DNA of 61,950 nucleotides, filler included, from Choristocarpus tenellus KU-1152 (taxonomy: Eukaryota; Protista; Phaeophyceae): assembly GCA_964200185.2 (NCBI GenBank). It is 9 parts of 9 records of this genome, joined end to end, with 100 filler letters (N's around TTAATTAATTAA, not from the genome) between each part and the next. Parts side by side here need not be neighbours in the genome. Positions count along the whole stretch, not along the records: positions 1 to 6,579 come from CAXNAD020007831.1; positions 6,680 to 11,778 come from CAXNAD020011882.1; positions 11,879 to 18,246 come from CAXNAD020008288.1; 6 more parts are not named here. One strand, given 5' to 3'. The translations under genes and the position numbers were made by a program. Below, one piece after another: positions 1 through 12,529 of this stretch; within the stretch, counting starts at the first letter, position 1; each line of letters begins with the position of its first letter. A model generated the notes under the pieces. The model was given only the letters and a program-made list of their open reading frames with translations, searched no databases and had not been told where the DNA came from.

Positions 1-97
1 ATTGTTAATACTATTATTATTACTATTGTTACTACTATTGTTACTATTATTATTACTATTGTTACTACTATTGTTACTATTATTATTACTATTGTTA
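1..97. repeat. Compound (TTA/CTA/TTG) microsatellite organised as ~3 copies of a 33-bp unit
   Basis: Unit ctattattattactattgttactactattgtta repeats directly; this explains the poly-Leu ORF 2..319. Confidence 0.9.
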
Positions 98-592
98 CTC
101 GGAGCGCACACCGCGGGGTGCTCAAGTACTCCGGAAATTCAAGTCGTTTTGTTTTTGTTTTTGCCGTATACAGTAGGGGTAACGATTACTCAACAACCAA
201 GGGAATTGAGCTGTGAATATGTTCCGTTTCAGTATTCTTGTGTCTTGATTGACACTAACACAAGTTGTTCTACGAACCTACTTGGAAGTACGGTAAATAC
301 TACACAACCTTGCTACTAGAGTCCCCTCTACTTGGGAAGCAAAAAAACGTTTCAATGAACCGCCAGAGGTAACAATGCGATACTAACTGTAACAGCTTCA
401 AACCTAAGGCCTTCTGTCGACTTTTCTCGAACTTCAATCAACTCAACAGCTAAACGCTAAGCCTTGTAGATAGCTGGCACTGCTCGCCCTTTCACACAAA
501 AGGGCTTCGGTCTATTACCTCTGGAAAGAGCAGCACCGCCCACAGCAACACACTTGTGATTGTCACACACAAAACATGCACATTCAGCTTGC

Positions 593-3500
593 CTTCTCAA
601 TCACCGCCTCCTTGTTCCTGAAAACCGCCCCATCTCTTTCAGAGAGCCTAAGCATGTGTTTCAGGCGCCGCTCAACCCAGAAGTCCACCCAGCTATCCAT
701 CCAACCATTTGGCTGCTCAGTGGCTAAGCAGGTCATACACAGAGGAAGAGGGAGGTGAATCGATGCATTCAGCATCCAGACATTTCCTTACTTGATCCCA
801 GGCTTGGGTCACAATGAACCATAGTGCCTGCATATCACACACACTTCGAAAGTAGATTGCTGATTTGTGACATGCCATAGCAGGCGGGGTGAGGGGTGCA
901 GTGCTGATCAAGTGTAAGGATTGAGTCGGGTCTTGGGCCTGGCTATTACAACATGGCTAGAGTGGAGTTAGTTGTGTGATTGATTCCAACACAGCCACCA
1001 TAAAATCCTTAGACGGGCTAGACTGTTGTTGTTCAAATATCCTTTAGTGAAGCATCCTGTATCTCGAACAACTCATTTACACATTAGAAAGCATATAGAG
1101 GATCCCATTTCGAGGGATCTAGAGACTCAACTGAGTGTTACCTCTGCAAGAGTAAGTTGGAGCAGAGCACTTTGAGAACATTAGGGCTGGCGTTGAGGAA
1201 GGAGGGCTAGGGAGAGGGACAAAACAGTAGTAGTAGAAGGGAAAGGTAGAGAGAGAATATAACCTGGGGTGCAATATTGAGCACATACTACCAACTTGTA
1301 GTCAGCCCTAGAGTATTCTACCAGTTCACTCACTTTACAGCGTCAACTGAAAATTCCTTTTCATTTGTGCAAGAGACCCTCTAAACACATAAACGGAGCA
1401 CAAGTAACCTCCCCAGTGCCCCATGAAAGAAGAAATAATTAATGCCACTTAGCCATACTGTGCGTAAGGAAAAGTCCCAAAAACTCTGCACAACAGAAAA
1501 GAAAGCATGGCTACACCTCTTCTCATTAATCTGCAACATCAATCCGACCTTGTCTTGGCCCACTCCTGCATCCAGTCAATCTCACCACACAAGTGGGCCC
1601 TGCCTGACATGTCAAGGCTTTTGCTCACCGCCAATTGTGTTGTCCACCTCAAAGCCGTACATGCCATTAGAGCTTGCACAGCGATGCATTTGGGCCAATT
1701 GTGCTCCCATCAGCTCGGATGTCTCGGCAGTTCCCCTGCCTCCCATATTCATGTATTCAAACACTGCGAATGCCCCTGGCAAGTCAAAGCAGATTTTGTT
1801 ACACGAAAAAACACAAATGGTCACAGGACGCATTCAATGCACTGGGCTTAGGGCAGCACTAGAGAGATAAGAGATAATGGTAGTACAGTAATCAGATGGT
1901 AGCACCACCAGTACTCTTACATCATTATGTTGATACTCCACAATGTTCAGGGGGGAAGTGATGTAACAGTACCTCACCCAATACTGCCGGTCCAACATCG
2001 TGACAGACACACAAACCTCACAGCAGTTATAACCAACAACTGAAGAGACATATCTACAGAAAAATGACTAACCTCCAGGGCCGGTGCCCCCACAGACGGG
2101 ACGTGGAACACGTATTGTTTGGGTGTCGTACATGACCTTGAGACCAGCACGTTCAGCATTGAGCATGTCAGCGCCATCCATACCGGTTCTCTTGAAAAAG
2201 TACTGGGAGTGTGGAGAGAAATGGGGAGGAAGGGGTAAGTCAGGAATGCCTGATGTATAACCTGGCCATGATGTTGAATTGGTTAGACCATATATTGGAT
2301 GACTTGTATTGGGTCACATCAGTAGTATCCGTCACTTCAACTCCTGGTTTTCAGCATTGGCATATCAAATCGCCTTCCCAGCACCTAGGCAGAGCGATTT
2401 TGGCAAGCTGAATTTCGATTTGCCCTCTTGCCATTCCACATGCATATTGCTACACTTCCACAACGACAAACCCAAATCTCAAAAGGTGTGTATGAAACCA
2501 AAGGGCAATTCTCATTCACAACTACAGTACTACAGTACTACAGTACTATATTACACGACCCATCACCTTGTCACCAGTGAGGGAGTCCTTAATATCCCCC
2601 ACGGAGGCCCAGCCGCTGCCTCCGGCTCCACCCTTCGAACAAGCATCGAAGGAGTTGTTGAAGGGGAAGGACATGAGACGTGAGACAGGGTGAAATCTCC
2701 ACAATACAAGAGCAGTGATGCAGTCTTCTGTGTGTCATTGAGGATTTTTGGTATGCACCTGCTCGGTTCTTATGTACATATGTATGTAGTTAACATGCTC
2801 TCAGCCATGAACCCACTCATATTCGTTTGTTGCTGGTCGATGTGATGTTGTCGCGAGAGAATCGACCCCTCCGCTCCGTCAAGATCTTCTCCGCCCCCAT
2901 TGGCTCACTCTATCATCCATGCAAAGGCATTACCTGTCCAATTTTGAATCGCTCCCATTGGTCCACTCTGTCGCTCCCTTCCTCCTCCAACGTTTGAGCC
3001 AACGCGTCAGCCATGCACTCTGCCATGGTTTTAGGTTCGTTCCTGTTTCCACCTGCGGCAAGAGGTCTGCAATGCCCGCTCTTGTACACCAGAGGTCGTA
3101 CCGATACCTGAGATGACGCACACCAGCCCGGAGCGGTGCGAGATCCTTGCAAGAATATATAGGGGCATCGGGCCATGAAAGAGTCAATGTTGTATCTGCG
3201 ACAGTGGTAGCAGGGTACAGGATTTACAACGTTCTAACAGCGTGGTCAACTGCACAAAAGCTAACCTTCTGCCATGACCAGTAATATAGAAACTACGGTA
3301 GACAGAGAGGAAGGGCCAAGGCTTATCAGCAGGCGGGGACGAAAAACAGCCACCATGAGTATAGTAATTTAGTGTTGAATATACCAACTATCTAACACGA
3401 AGTCCCAAACTAGCTTCCAATGAAGATCACTGGGAGGCATTCTCTTTCAACCTCTTTGTTGATTACTATCAAAATAAAAATGGTTTGAACAGCAATAGTT

Positions 3501-3595
3501 GACTTTCCAATCATCACCTTCACAAAGCCCGAGAATGGCGCTGGTTTGAAGTATACCAAAGAAAGGAGGAAATGCAACACCAGTACCATCGCCAT
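593..3595 (-). CDS. Fructosamine/ketosamine-3-kinase family protein, spliced, 3'-partial
   Basis: Phase-compatible exons 3518-3595 (tentative signal peptide), 2934-3107 (tentative acceptor), 2567-2632 (GGAGGSGWASVGDIKDSLTGDK), 2073-2202 (YFFKRTG...LNAERAGLKVMYDTQTIRVPRP), 1629-1775 (VFEYMNM...MGAQLAQMH...YGFEVDNTIG) and 593-723 (ATEQPNGWMDSWVDFWVERRL). These are characteristic FN3K motifs. The C-terminal LLHGDLW motif was not found in the window. Confidence 0.88.
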
Positions 3596-3657
3596 TTGTT
3601 GCACAAGTCAGAGATTTCTAATCGTAAGCTTTTTCAATCTCCATAATTGCTCTGGCG

Positions 3658-6500
3658 ATGCAGGAAGCGGAAGAACTGTACAGCTTGGATGTCCCCGTCA
3701 CTCATGATACACCTTGTTCCCGATGCGGGAGGATCTTATTGAGGGGGACACGGATGAGAGCAGAACAAAGTCTTACGAAACGTTTCTGGCGTAACAAACG
3801 ATGTCTTGATCCCCCCTGCAAGGGCCGTGTAAATGCGGCAAGGTTAGTCCGTCCTACTGCTGACTCGACTTGAATGTTATTTTATCTAAAGCCCCGCAGA
3901 TATCTGTCTTGCAGTCAAGACATGGTTAGGGTGTACTTGAAAATAGTTTTCACTCGAAGTGGTTAGGACTGTGTTTCTGCGTGGTGTCTGTGTTGTGATA
4001 TAAAGTACAGCTACTGATCTCATCTTCCAGTCAAATCGCCCCCTCTTGCGGAAGAGGACTCGCTAACTGTTGATTATAGCATATCATTTTTCTTGATCTT
4101 GAGACATGTCATCCAAACTGGTCAACCCATCATAATTGAACTTCAATGAGCGAACATGGCTTGTATCGTCAACTAAAATGAGTCGTAGACCACTATACTT
4201 ATGCCGTCCGATGATCAGGGCTCCAGCTGTCCCTTCACCTTTAGTGGTTACGCCCGACCAACTCAGGCCTTGTCTTTATGTGCTGTAAATAATGAAATGA
4301 AGGGTTGCATCATTTCCCCCTCCCTGAAACAGTCTTTAGCGTCTATGGGAATACCTTTTTTTGAAAAGGGTTTGATCTATTCCACGTTCATTTGACGTCC
4401 ATGGCTTATCAATGGGCAGTAATTTGACTTGACTCTGCTTTTGAACTTGTTGAATAGTATTGACAAGAAACAATTCTGGTGTTGTGCTCAAAATTGAGCA
4501 GAGGGAGAATTCTATGTGTTCGAGGGCTACATGAAGCGTCAGGCTGCTCACTGAATGTATACAATTTTCCCATGCTCCTCCCTTGACCAGGTCTAGGGCT
4601 TCTCCGGTCCTGCCTACCTCTTCTGGCCTTTCACAGCCAGTACGCCCTAATTATGGAAAATATTTGAACAATAACAACAGCCGTGCTCTGTACTCGCACC
4701 TCGTCTCAGGTGCTGTCCTATGAAATGACTCAATTTGATGTCCATCTTTGAACTGAAGAACGCTCTTCTCCGCTAGGTGTTATTATAGCAGCCCCCTCTC
4801 AGTGTCCATAATCTGTCCCAGATGGTCTATATCCAACCACAATTCTTTCCCTATCCCAGCATACCATCTATTGCTTGATCGCTAGTCAATGTCTGCTGCA
4901 CTTCCAAAGTTGCAACTCTCCTCTATACTCACAAATGCCATCAGAAGGTTGTTTTCCCAACGAAAAAGTATTTTTCTCAACACTTTGTTGTTAGCATTCC
5001 TTTGTTGCTCTTTGGACACTCTCTCCTCCTGCCCAATTCTGTCAAACTCACAGATGTACAAAAAGCCATGAATCCAACCAGTTCAAGCATTCTCGAGGCA
5101 AGAAAGCGGGGTCACTCTGTTGCCTTCCAGTCCCCACTCATGTCAAACATCTATGTGGTCAGAGTCCCGAAGGCACAGAAGCAAGACAAACAGACAAAGG
5201 CAGAAACCTTATTTGATCACAAGCGATCAGTTGTGGATAGGTGGAGGAGGGCTGGACAAGACATTGAGTTCTTGGGCAAACAAAGTCAAGATGAAATTGT
5301 TGAGCAAAAGTTTGTTGCGGCAATGAGGAAGGGGGAAGTTATTGATCTCACGTGATACCGGAAAACCCGTGGCACTCTGCCAGCGGGTTAAGGAGGAAGG
5401 GGGTGAGCTGCACCAGGTAAAAAAGTGTTGAGAAGATAGTGATTTCGTGTATAGACTACTGTACATGTGTATGTGTACTCCTGTACATCATTTTGCTTTA
5501 TATTGGGTCAATTATTTTCAATTGTCAGGGCTGAGGACCCATGTAGAATTTGATGTTTAAGTCGTGCCATATCATGAGGGCCATGGTAGGTGCTGTAAAT
5601 GCTAGATGTAGCAGGGTGAACCGGAAGCGTTATGTTGGCTAGGGTGGCAAAGAGTTCATTCATTGTTAATGGTACATAGGTGAGTGAACTTGGGGATTGA
5701 TATTGATGCTGATCAACTGTGGTATGCTGAGTTCAATATTTTGAATGAGTATGAATGTAAATGTGAACACAACACTATGAAAAAAAAAATGTGTGACCCA
5801 AAGCGGGGAAAGAAACGGATTGTAATCTGTATGGTCCAGTGATGTCAATTGGGCTGTGGTTTTGTTGTTGGTATATTATGACTATTAAGAAGACATTGAT
5901 AATGGCATGTTGGGCTTGGCTCACATGGCCAGTGATACACCTCATAAAAACATGCAGACCCCTAAACGAAATCAATCTGACAAAGCAGCTGGAGCTGTTA
6001 TGTGCCCTACATCACATGACAGCAAGCTGTGTGAACTCTTCGCCTTCCCATCACCATACCGCCACTCTCAGCATCAAGGCAGGGGGATGGGTGTTCCTTT
6101 GCTGCAAGCTTTGTGGTGTAGCCTTGTGCATAGGTATGTGGAGTTGAGAGAGCCTCCCCGTAGACCTAACAACGCCGTTGTTTGTTGCGGAACATTCAGA
6201 GAAAATTCCTCAGATCCAATCCAAGCAATGCTACCCTTTCGTATTGGTTTTCATATGGTTCCGCATCAGATATACACCGACATGATTTTGAAGGCGTGGA
6301 TGAAGGTCGTCGTGTGTGAAAACAATTCCACCTGTTGATCATTGGACAGCGACCCAGTCCACGGCAATGGTAAGAGTGAGCGTGTCGGTCTGTGTTGTTA
6401 ATTCCTTGCAGGAGAAGGGATAGGCAGTGATGTGCTGTTTTAATGGAGGAGTCCAAGCACTTTGCGGATTATAACCTGGTATGCAGGAAACAAAAACTCC
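3658..6500 (+). pseudogene. Possible decayed KDZ/Zisupton-like (CxC + transposase) element
   Basis: Stop/frameshift-broken Cys-rich segments (CSRC...C...C; IVFTRSG*DCVSAWCLCCDIKYSY), then GGWVFLCCKLCG...ES, PHQIYTD, DPVHGNG and a frameshifted N-x4-EQKNS-like string in KDZ-like order. Recognised by eye only. Confidence 0.3.
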
Positions 6501-6579
6501 ATCCTTACTTCTTTGGGGGGGTGGGTTAGTGGGGGTTACGGGGAGGACGTTGAGCGGAAGTGGGGAGTACTCTCATCGT

Positions 6580-6679
6580 NNNNNNNNNNNNNNNNNNNNN
6601 NNNNNNNNNNNNNNNNNNNNNNNTTAATTAATTAANNNNNNNNNNNNNNNNNNNNNNNNNNNNNNNNNNNNNNNNNNNN
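6580..6679. other. Artificial contig linker (N44-TTAATTAATTAA-N44)
   Basis: Identical 100-bp spacer with stops in all six frames, also at 11779-11878, 18247-18346, 21023-21122, 29700-29799, 46803-46902, 51878-51977 and 56211-56310. Confidence 0.98.
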
Positions 6680-7039
6680 CTCCCTCCCCCTCCCCCTCCC
6701 CCATCCCAAACACAAAAAAACTTCCCCAACTACCCAACACCCAAAACCTACTCACCAAATCAGATCGAGCAAAGGCCAAGCCCATTCAATCCCACCACGA
6801 TAGCATTTTACTCTCCATCACCGTACTTCCTCCATAGACTCTCAGCTTCAAGTGGACCTAAAATAAAGCTGATGCTCTGTCAAACATCTTCATCCCTGCC
6901 CAACTACCCATCAACTCAACCATCCATTCGCGCATCCATCAACTACCCAAACTCAGTACCCCCTATCCCAACCCTAACCCTATCCGCATCAAACACTACA
7001 AAAACACTCCACAGATGACAAACCACCCCACCAACTCAC

Positions 7040-8694
7040 GCGCTGAGCTTGTTCTCTTCCTTGACGTCCAGGGCATCCTCCAGAAAACTGCCACCGTAGC
7101 GGTTGGCAAACATCTCTCGTAGAGTGGCCATGAGTCGACGAGCAGCCAGTCCTGCATCTGGCTCAGATGTCCCTTCTGACGGGCCAGTGAGGATGAGGAC
7201 ATCACTTACCGTCACCGTCACCGGATCGCCTGTCATCAGACCTGTATTTTTCACATCATTTGCATTATTTTTCAATGTTTCCCATTTTTATAAGGGACGA
7301 AAGCAGGGGGAGGGAGATGGTCAGATGTGCATTGAACTACTTCAATGAATATTGAGCGTAAGGTGGTGGTAGTGACAAGGGGTAGAGCTATGTTGGGACG
7401 GTGTTCGAAAGGAATCAGCAGACTGGTTACCATCAGCACTGCGTTAGATTTTGTTATGTGTGCATGCATCTGCTTCTCTTTACTCAAAGACTGAATTCTA
7501 ACTCAGTGGGGGACATGGAATCAAATGGGATGGCAGGAATGGGACCACCCACATAATGGGTCACCACATGACCAACCTGTTTAGCAAAAAAGGCACAGGC
7601 AGTACTTACATAGTATTTTTGCAACAGTTCTCGCATCAAACTCGGCAAAGTCACCAACATAAATTTGAGACACTGTCCCTCAATGGCATATTGCCAACGA
7701 CTAAATGCTCCAAAAGACATTACTAACAGCGTAAGTTCTCTCATTGCTGGCCCCCCTACATCGTTCTCCTGCATTGCTGCAAGATAAAGTGGCCTAAAGT
7801 ATTTCAAGGTGAGAAGGTCGCATCAATAAAAGGGTCCGATCGGGCACTGCAAGCTAGGAACTCGGCGTGAACATGGAGAGGTATTGTGCATACAGACGGT
7901 TGTTCTGGAGTGAATGAGTGGCAACTGGGAGTTCTTCGATGTGTTTTTGCTCGCCTCTACATATATATGACGCGATGCAATACAGGAGGGCAATTAATTG
8001 GGTGTGGCTGTGGGTGATTCAAGGTATTCCGCAATTGGTACAAAAACTTGAGTTCTGGCAAAGTGAGTGCGATTGTAGCATCGCATCTGGGTAAGCAGCG
8101 GTCACAATCGACCCCTACTCTTCTTGGATGGGACAGAGTGGGTCGATACCGTGCATACGATTCATTTCTTTGTATGTATACAAGGTAAACACCATGCGAC
8201 TCGTACAGCTGATGCTGCCTCCGATGCTGGGATTGCCAACATTCAACACCCAAACCAGTTCGAGCGAACATCATCGTCGCACGTCCAGGCACTTCTGCGG
8301 CTGGGAGTAGTGGAGGTTTAACCTTCACCTTGTGTTTCACAAAGATAATACCACTCGCAGCAGCGCAGAGTATAAGCATAAAAACTCAAGGTAGTGGAGG
8401 AGCCCCTGCACATGAGGCACCCTACATCAAGGTCTGTTAGACAGTGTATGTTCTGCAACGCAACTTACCACTCAGACCATGCACGACCAGGCGCCCCACA
8501 AGTCCCTCCCGACATTCCACAGGGAGATTGAGGTCTGTAAGCAGTGACTTTTTGACTCTCAGGTCCGTTAGCTCAAGATGACTGGCCTCGAAGATGTCTC
8601 CTACCAGGGAAACATTTAGTTGCTTCTTATCCACCTCTTCGAAAACTTCCAGGAGCATAGCCTGGAGGCCTGTGGATATCAAGTCCTCGAACAT
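7040..8694 (-). CDS. VPS13-like protein, chorein N-terminal domain, first two exons (3'-partial)
   Basis: Exon 8469-8694 (MFEDLISTGLQAMLLEVFEEVDKKQLNVSL...LELTDLRVKKSLLTDLNLPVECREGLVGRLVV) splices GT-AG in phase to 7040-7241 (GLMTGDPVTVTVSDVLILTGP), matching the chorein_N pattern. Confidence 0.75.
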
Positions 8695-9988
8695 GCTTCA
8701 CGACTGTTACTGTTAGAACACTCTACACGATAACCTTGTCTTATGCTCACACAACGGTGCTCAAAAGGTCGCGTAAGAACAGACGACGGTCAACCACACT
8801 ACACCCCTTCTGTCGAGCATAAAATGTTTCCAATGATGTATGTGCGCGTATCGCATCAATCGTGGTTCTTAGCGATGACAACAACCTCCTCCCATCTAAC
8901 GTTACCACACCCCAAGTTCTGAGAGATGTTCGCTTTTGTAGGTTGGAATTCCAGGCAAGACAACTCAAGAGTCCGCTCAGGTTTTGATGAATAGTGCATT
9001 CTGTACTCAAAGAAATAGGTCGGTCAATAATTCAAATATACTACATTTTCTCCTTCGCTTCAAAATCGGTGGGAATCTAGTACACAGATTGATTATGGTT
9101 GTACATAATACGATATTCCAGTTAATAATTCTCAAATATTACGTAGTTTTTGTGGAGAAAAACCAACATATCATGAAAAAGGGAATAGAAATAGAAGAGA
9201 AAAACGAAGAATATAATTGATAAACAACAGTGGGTAAACACAAAACTGTAAACAAATAAAAAAAAGTCAAATATACAATATGAATAATGTAAATTGTATG
9301 TATATAGATGAATAAATTATATTGTCAATCACGAACTGACACAGTAAGTAGCTAATAATGTAGTTCAATCGCCTTCATCGACGTAATGATCCATTTTTCT
9401 GGTAGTTTCCAACTGAAAAAAAAGTAGGGGTAGTAGTAGTGGTCATCCACCTAAAAATTATTCGCTACCACTCCTACCAATTCTCCATTAGTTACGAATC
9501 TGCATCGTGCTTGTGGAGGCTTTTGGTTCTGGATACCCTTTGATTATTTTTCTGCTGTATGTCATGCGGACGATGACGATGATCGATGAAGAAGACCAAC
9601 TGGAAGATAGAAGGAAGTCGTTGGGAATATGTATAAATTGACATGATGGATCAAAGCGTAGGGTATGCTATTGGTGCAGGTGGCATGGTACAGCACGGCT
9701 CAAACATTGCCTATGCTGAAAGGTTGCAGCCCTTTCGAACAATGGGGTTAGGTGGGTTTCATAAGAGGTTCCCTTGAGCATTGTGGTAGAGGCTAAGCTG
9801 CTGCTAGTGGAAGGGTGGTACAAGTCACAATGTAGAGAGAGCATGGAGCAGTCAGTAGGATCGAAAGTGACTCCTTCGAGATAGTCCATTCACCTTCAAG
9901 TGAGTGATTTTTTAGATCAAGAAGTGGCTGCCTCATTGACCTACTTAATTATTGGTGGCGAGAAAGCTTAATCCATTCCACACTACTT

Positions 9989-10284
9989 GGCGAAAATTGT
10001 ATAGTAAATGGTGCTGTGAATCGAATGTGTTTTATGAGTCAAGTTAAATTGGGTAGAAAAAAATCGATAAACTCGACAATAATGGAACTGTGTTTTTGTA
10101 TACTCTTTATGTACCCCCACGCAAATAAATGGAAACATTCAAATCACACTGACCTCCACAATAAGTGGACCCGTTAGAAATTAATGCGACAAAAAAACAA
10201 TCGAAAACCACTCCCTTAATTTTCGGTTTCTATATATCGCCATGATATTGATACGATTCACAACACTACCCTACAAACTTAGCC
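9989..10284. mobile_element. Old MITE-like element with degenerate ~35-bp terminal inverted repeats
   Basis: ggcgaaaattgtatagtaaatggtgctgtgaatcg resembles the reverse complement of cgattcacaacactaccctacaaacttagcc. Confidence 0.35.
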
Positions 10285-10868
10285 TAAAAAATTATCCCTT
10301 TCTACTTTATACACAAACTTGGATTGTGTGCATGTTCTCATCATCTCAGAATATTGAAAAAATGGCAAAGAGGAAGAGATTGGACCCAGACATCGTTTGA
10401 CTTATCGTCTCCTGCATTCGGAGGATGCCAAGAAGGTGAGGAAGGCAGCTAATCCCTGTAGACTGAAGGAGGCATCCACTCACAGTAAGCGACATGGCAT
10501 AGGGCACAGGCAGTTATATTTCTTCCAGAGCTGGCAATCATACGGAGTAGTAGTAGAAGAATACAGCTGGTGTATATAGTTTGTCATTCATTGCTTGTTT
10601 CTCAGATTGATTCATAAGATATTGTAGTATCTCCTGCACCACCCAAACTCCAGAGTATGTTATATACATACGTCTTATTCCGTACTCGAGTACGCAGCAG
10701 TTAATTCTTGTAGTACTACTTTGACTTGATCTCTTGTATGCGTCCTCTCTCCTCTGGTCACATCTCAGTAATGTTCTTTTAAATATGCAAAAACTATTCT
10801 GATGTTTGCATTATATATAATAAATCAAGACAAATCCCTCTTCGCAACCCCTACACATTTTCCCTTTA

Positions 10869-11120
10869 GAGTCAAACCAATTGAGAGAGAGTTATATTTT
10901 AAGGATCCCAACAAAGAGCAAAAAATCACATTTTGTACAATTCAGATAGAGCCTTTGCCTAATTGCAGTGTCACGTTGTGTGTGGAAAGCGTGGAATATC
11001 AATTTTGCGTTACTTTTGCGCACATATAGCAATGAAATATAGTGTACTGCTCACAGTAAGAAAGATAGCTTGGATAGCAAAAGGATCCAAAATCTGCCTA
11101 TCTCTCAATTGGTTTGATTC
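10869..11120. mobile_element. MITE, family C (252 bp)
   Basis: TIR gagtcaaaccaattgagaga ... tctctcaattggtttgattc (19/20 match) with subterminal ggatcc on both arms; flanks tta / ttc. Confidence 0.75.
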
Positions 11121-11349
11121 TTCAGCCATTCTTATAACAAAACATTACCAAAAGCTCCATCTCAGATATTTCAGAGGAGATGCTTCTGGCAGTGGATGAA
11201 GAACACGTAGGTCTAAGTTCCCCCCCCACAGGAAGGGTTCCTTACCAGGGAAGGGGCCTTTTGCCTCGCAGCACAATGCACACTACTCAGCGCTCAACAC
11301 AGTACAAGCACAACGCCCTGTGCGATTGAATCAAAATAATCTAAAATTT

Positions 11350-11512
11350 GACTCAGAGTATCTGTGGAAGGGGGGGATCTATACCAGGGTGTCCATTCGG
11401 GCTCTGATCAAGAGAAGTGAACTTGCATGCAACCAAATCACTCAAAAATCGCGACTTGGAAAAATGGGCCCCGAATGTACAGTCGCCACCCACCCCCCAG
11501 ATACTTCGTGTC
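11350..11512. mobile_element. MITE, family A (diverged complete copy)
   Basis: TIR gactcagagtatctg ... cagatacttcgtgtc; interior aligns with copies at 41115-41296 and 59047-59224. Confidence 0.8.
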
Positions 11513-11759
11513 ATTTATCTGAGCTTTTGATACATTTGTTACCGCCATTTATTTCAATTCCCGACACAAATAAATCCACAAGAAAATACGTAGAAGAAAG
11601 GAAGTTGAAGAAATAAAACCCTCTTAACACTGTAGAAAGGAGAAATCAAGTCTCTCTCCCCAAAAAGCAGGTATCAGCTCCAGCATTGAGAACCACAGTG
11701 TGTCCAATAAGGGGCATATATAAATTTATATAACCTTTCACAATTGCACGTCAGAAAAA

Positions 11760-11778
11760 GACCCAAAGTATCTGGGGG
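11760..11778. mobile_element. MITE family A terminus at contig end
   Basis: gacccaaagtatctggggg matches the family A TIR. Confidence 0.7.
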
Positions 11779-11878
11779 NNNNNNNNNNNNNNNNNNNNNN
11801 NNNNNNNNNNNNNNNNNNNNNNTTAATTAATTAANNNNNNNNNNNNNNNNNNNNNNNNNNNNNNNNNNNNNNNNNNNN

Positions 11879-11922
11879 GTGAAAAACGGACGCTGGCACC
11901 CCCCCCTCAGATATTTTGACCC
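11879..11922. mobile_element. MITE A-related subfamily terminus at contig start
   Basis: gtgaaaaacggacgctggcacccccccctcagatattttgaccc matches 21575-21622. Confidence 0.7.
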
Positions 11923-12273
11923 ATCCCAATTGTGATACATTTGTGCCGAATCACTTGTATATCGTGAACAGCTTCAAAATGTGTGAATCTGAGACCATAG
12001 TTACCACATGGAAAATCTATCACTTCATAGATAGGATGGCGTACGGTTGAGCTTATTCCCAACCCGATCAGTCAATCCCCACATCAACCTCTCAACTTCT
12101 ATGTACCACTATGCAACCGCTCGGGCTCCCCTGAAGACGAAAAGTTTACCTGAGGAACGCGAGGGTTCTGATCTTTCTAATGCACCACTCAACGTCAACA
12201 AATCGCTAGGGTGGGCATGCACTTTGCTGTGATCCATCCTCTCCCAAAATCCTCAGAACTTCATTTGTGATAA

Positions 12274-12529
12274 ACCCTTGCGGGATCACGTATATCTCGT
12301 TGAGCAACTCTGAATAGTGCCAAATCCGCTTCTACCCTGGATTTCAAGGTTCACATGCTTCATTAGACGTTTTCATATTGAGATAATAGGGGTTCCGATT
12401 TTGGTACCCTAAAAAACAAACAGCTCGACTTCTGATCGCCACAGTTCAACCGCCATGACCCCCTTTCCAGCGAAAAGTATATGCGTGTGAAACGCCACGA
12501 TTCTGATTTTTCGAATGTATCACAAGGGG
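12274..12529. mobile_element. Possible piggyBac-type MITE, degenerate
   Basis: cccttgcgggat ... atcacaagggg inverted ends with TTAA-like flanks (taaa / ttga). Confidence 0.3.

Noticed and set aside
2-319. Poly-Leu ORF
   Set aside because: Translation of a microsatellite
6750-6860. Possible third VPS13 exon (KMLSWWD/EWAWPLLDLIW)
   Set aside because: Has acceptor- and donor-like sites but needs a frameshift and does not fit the phase of the preceding exon
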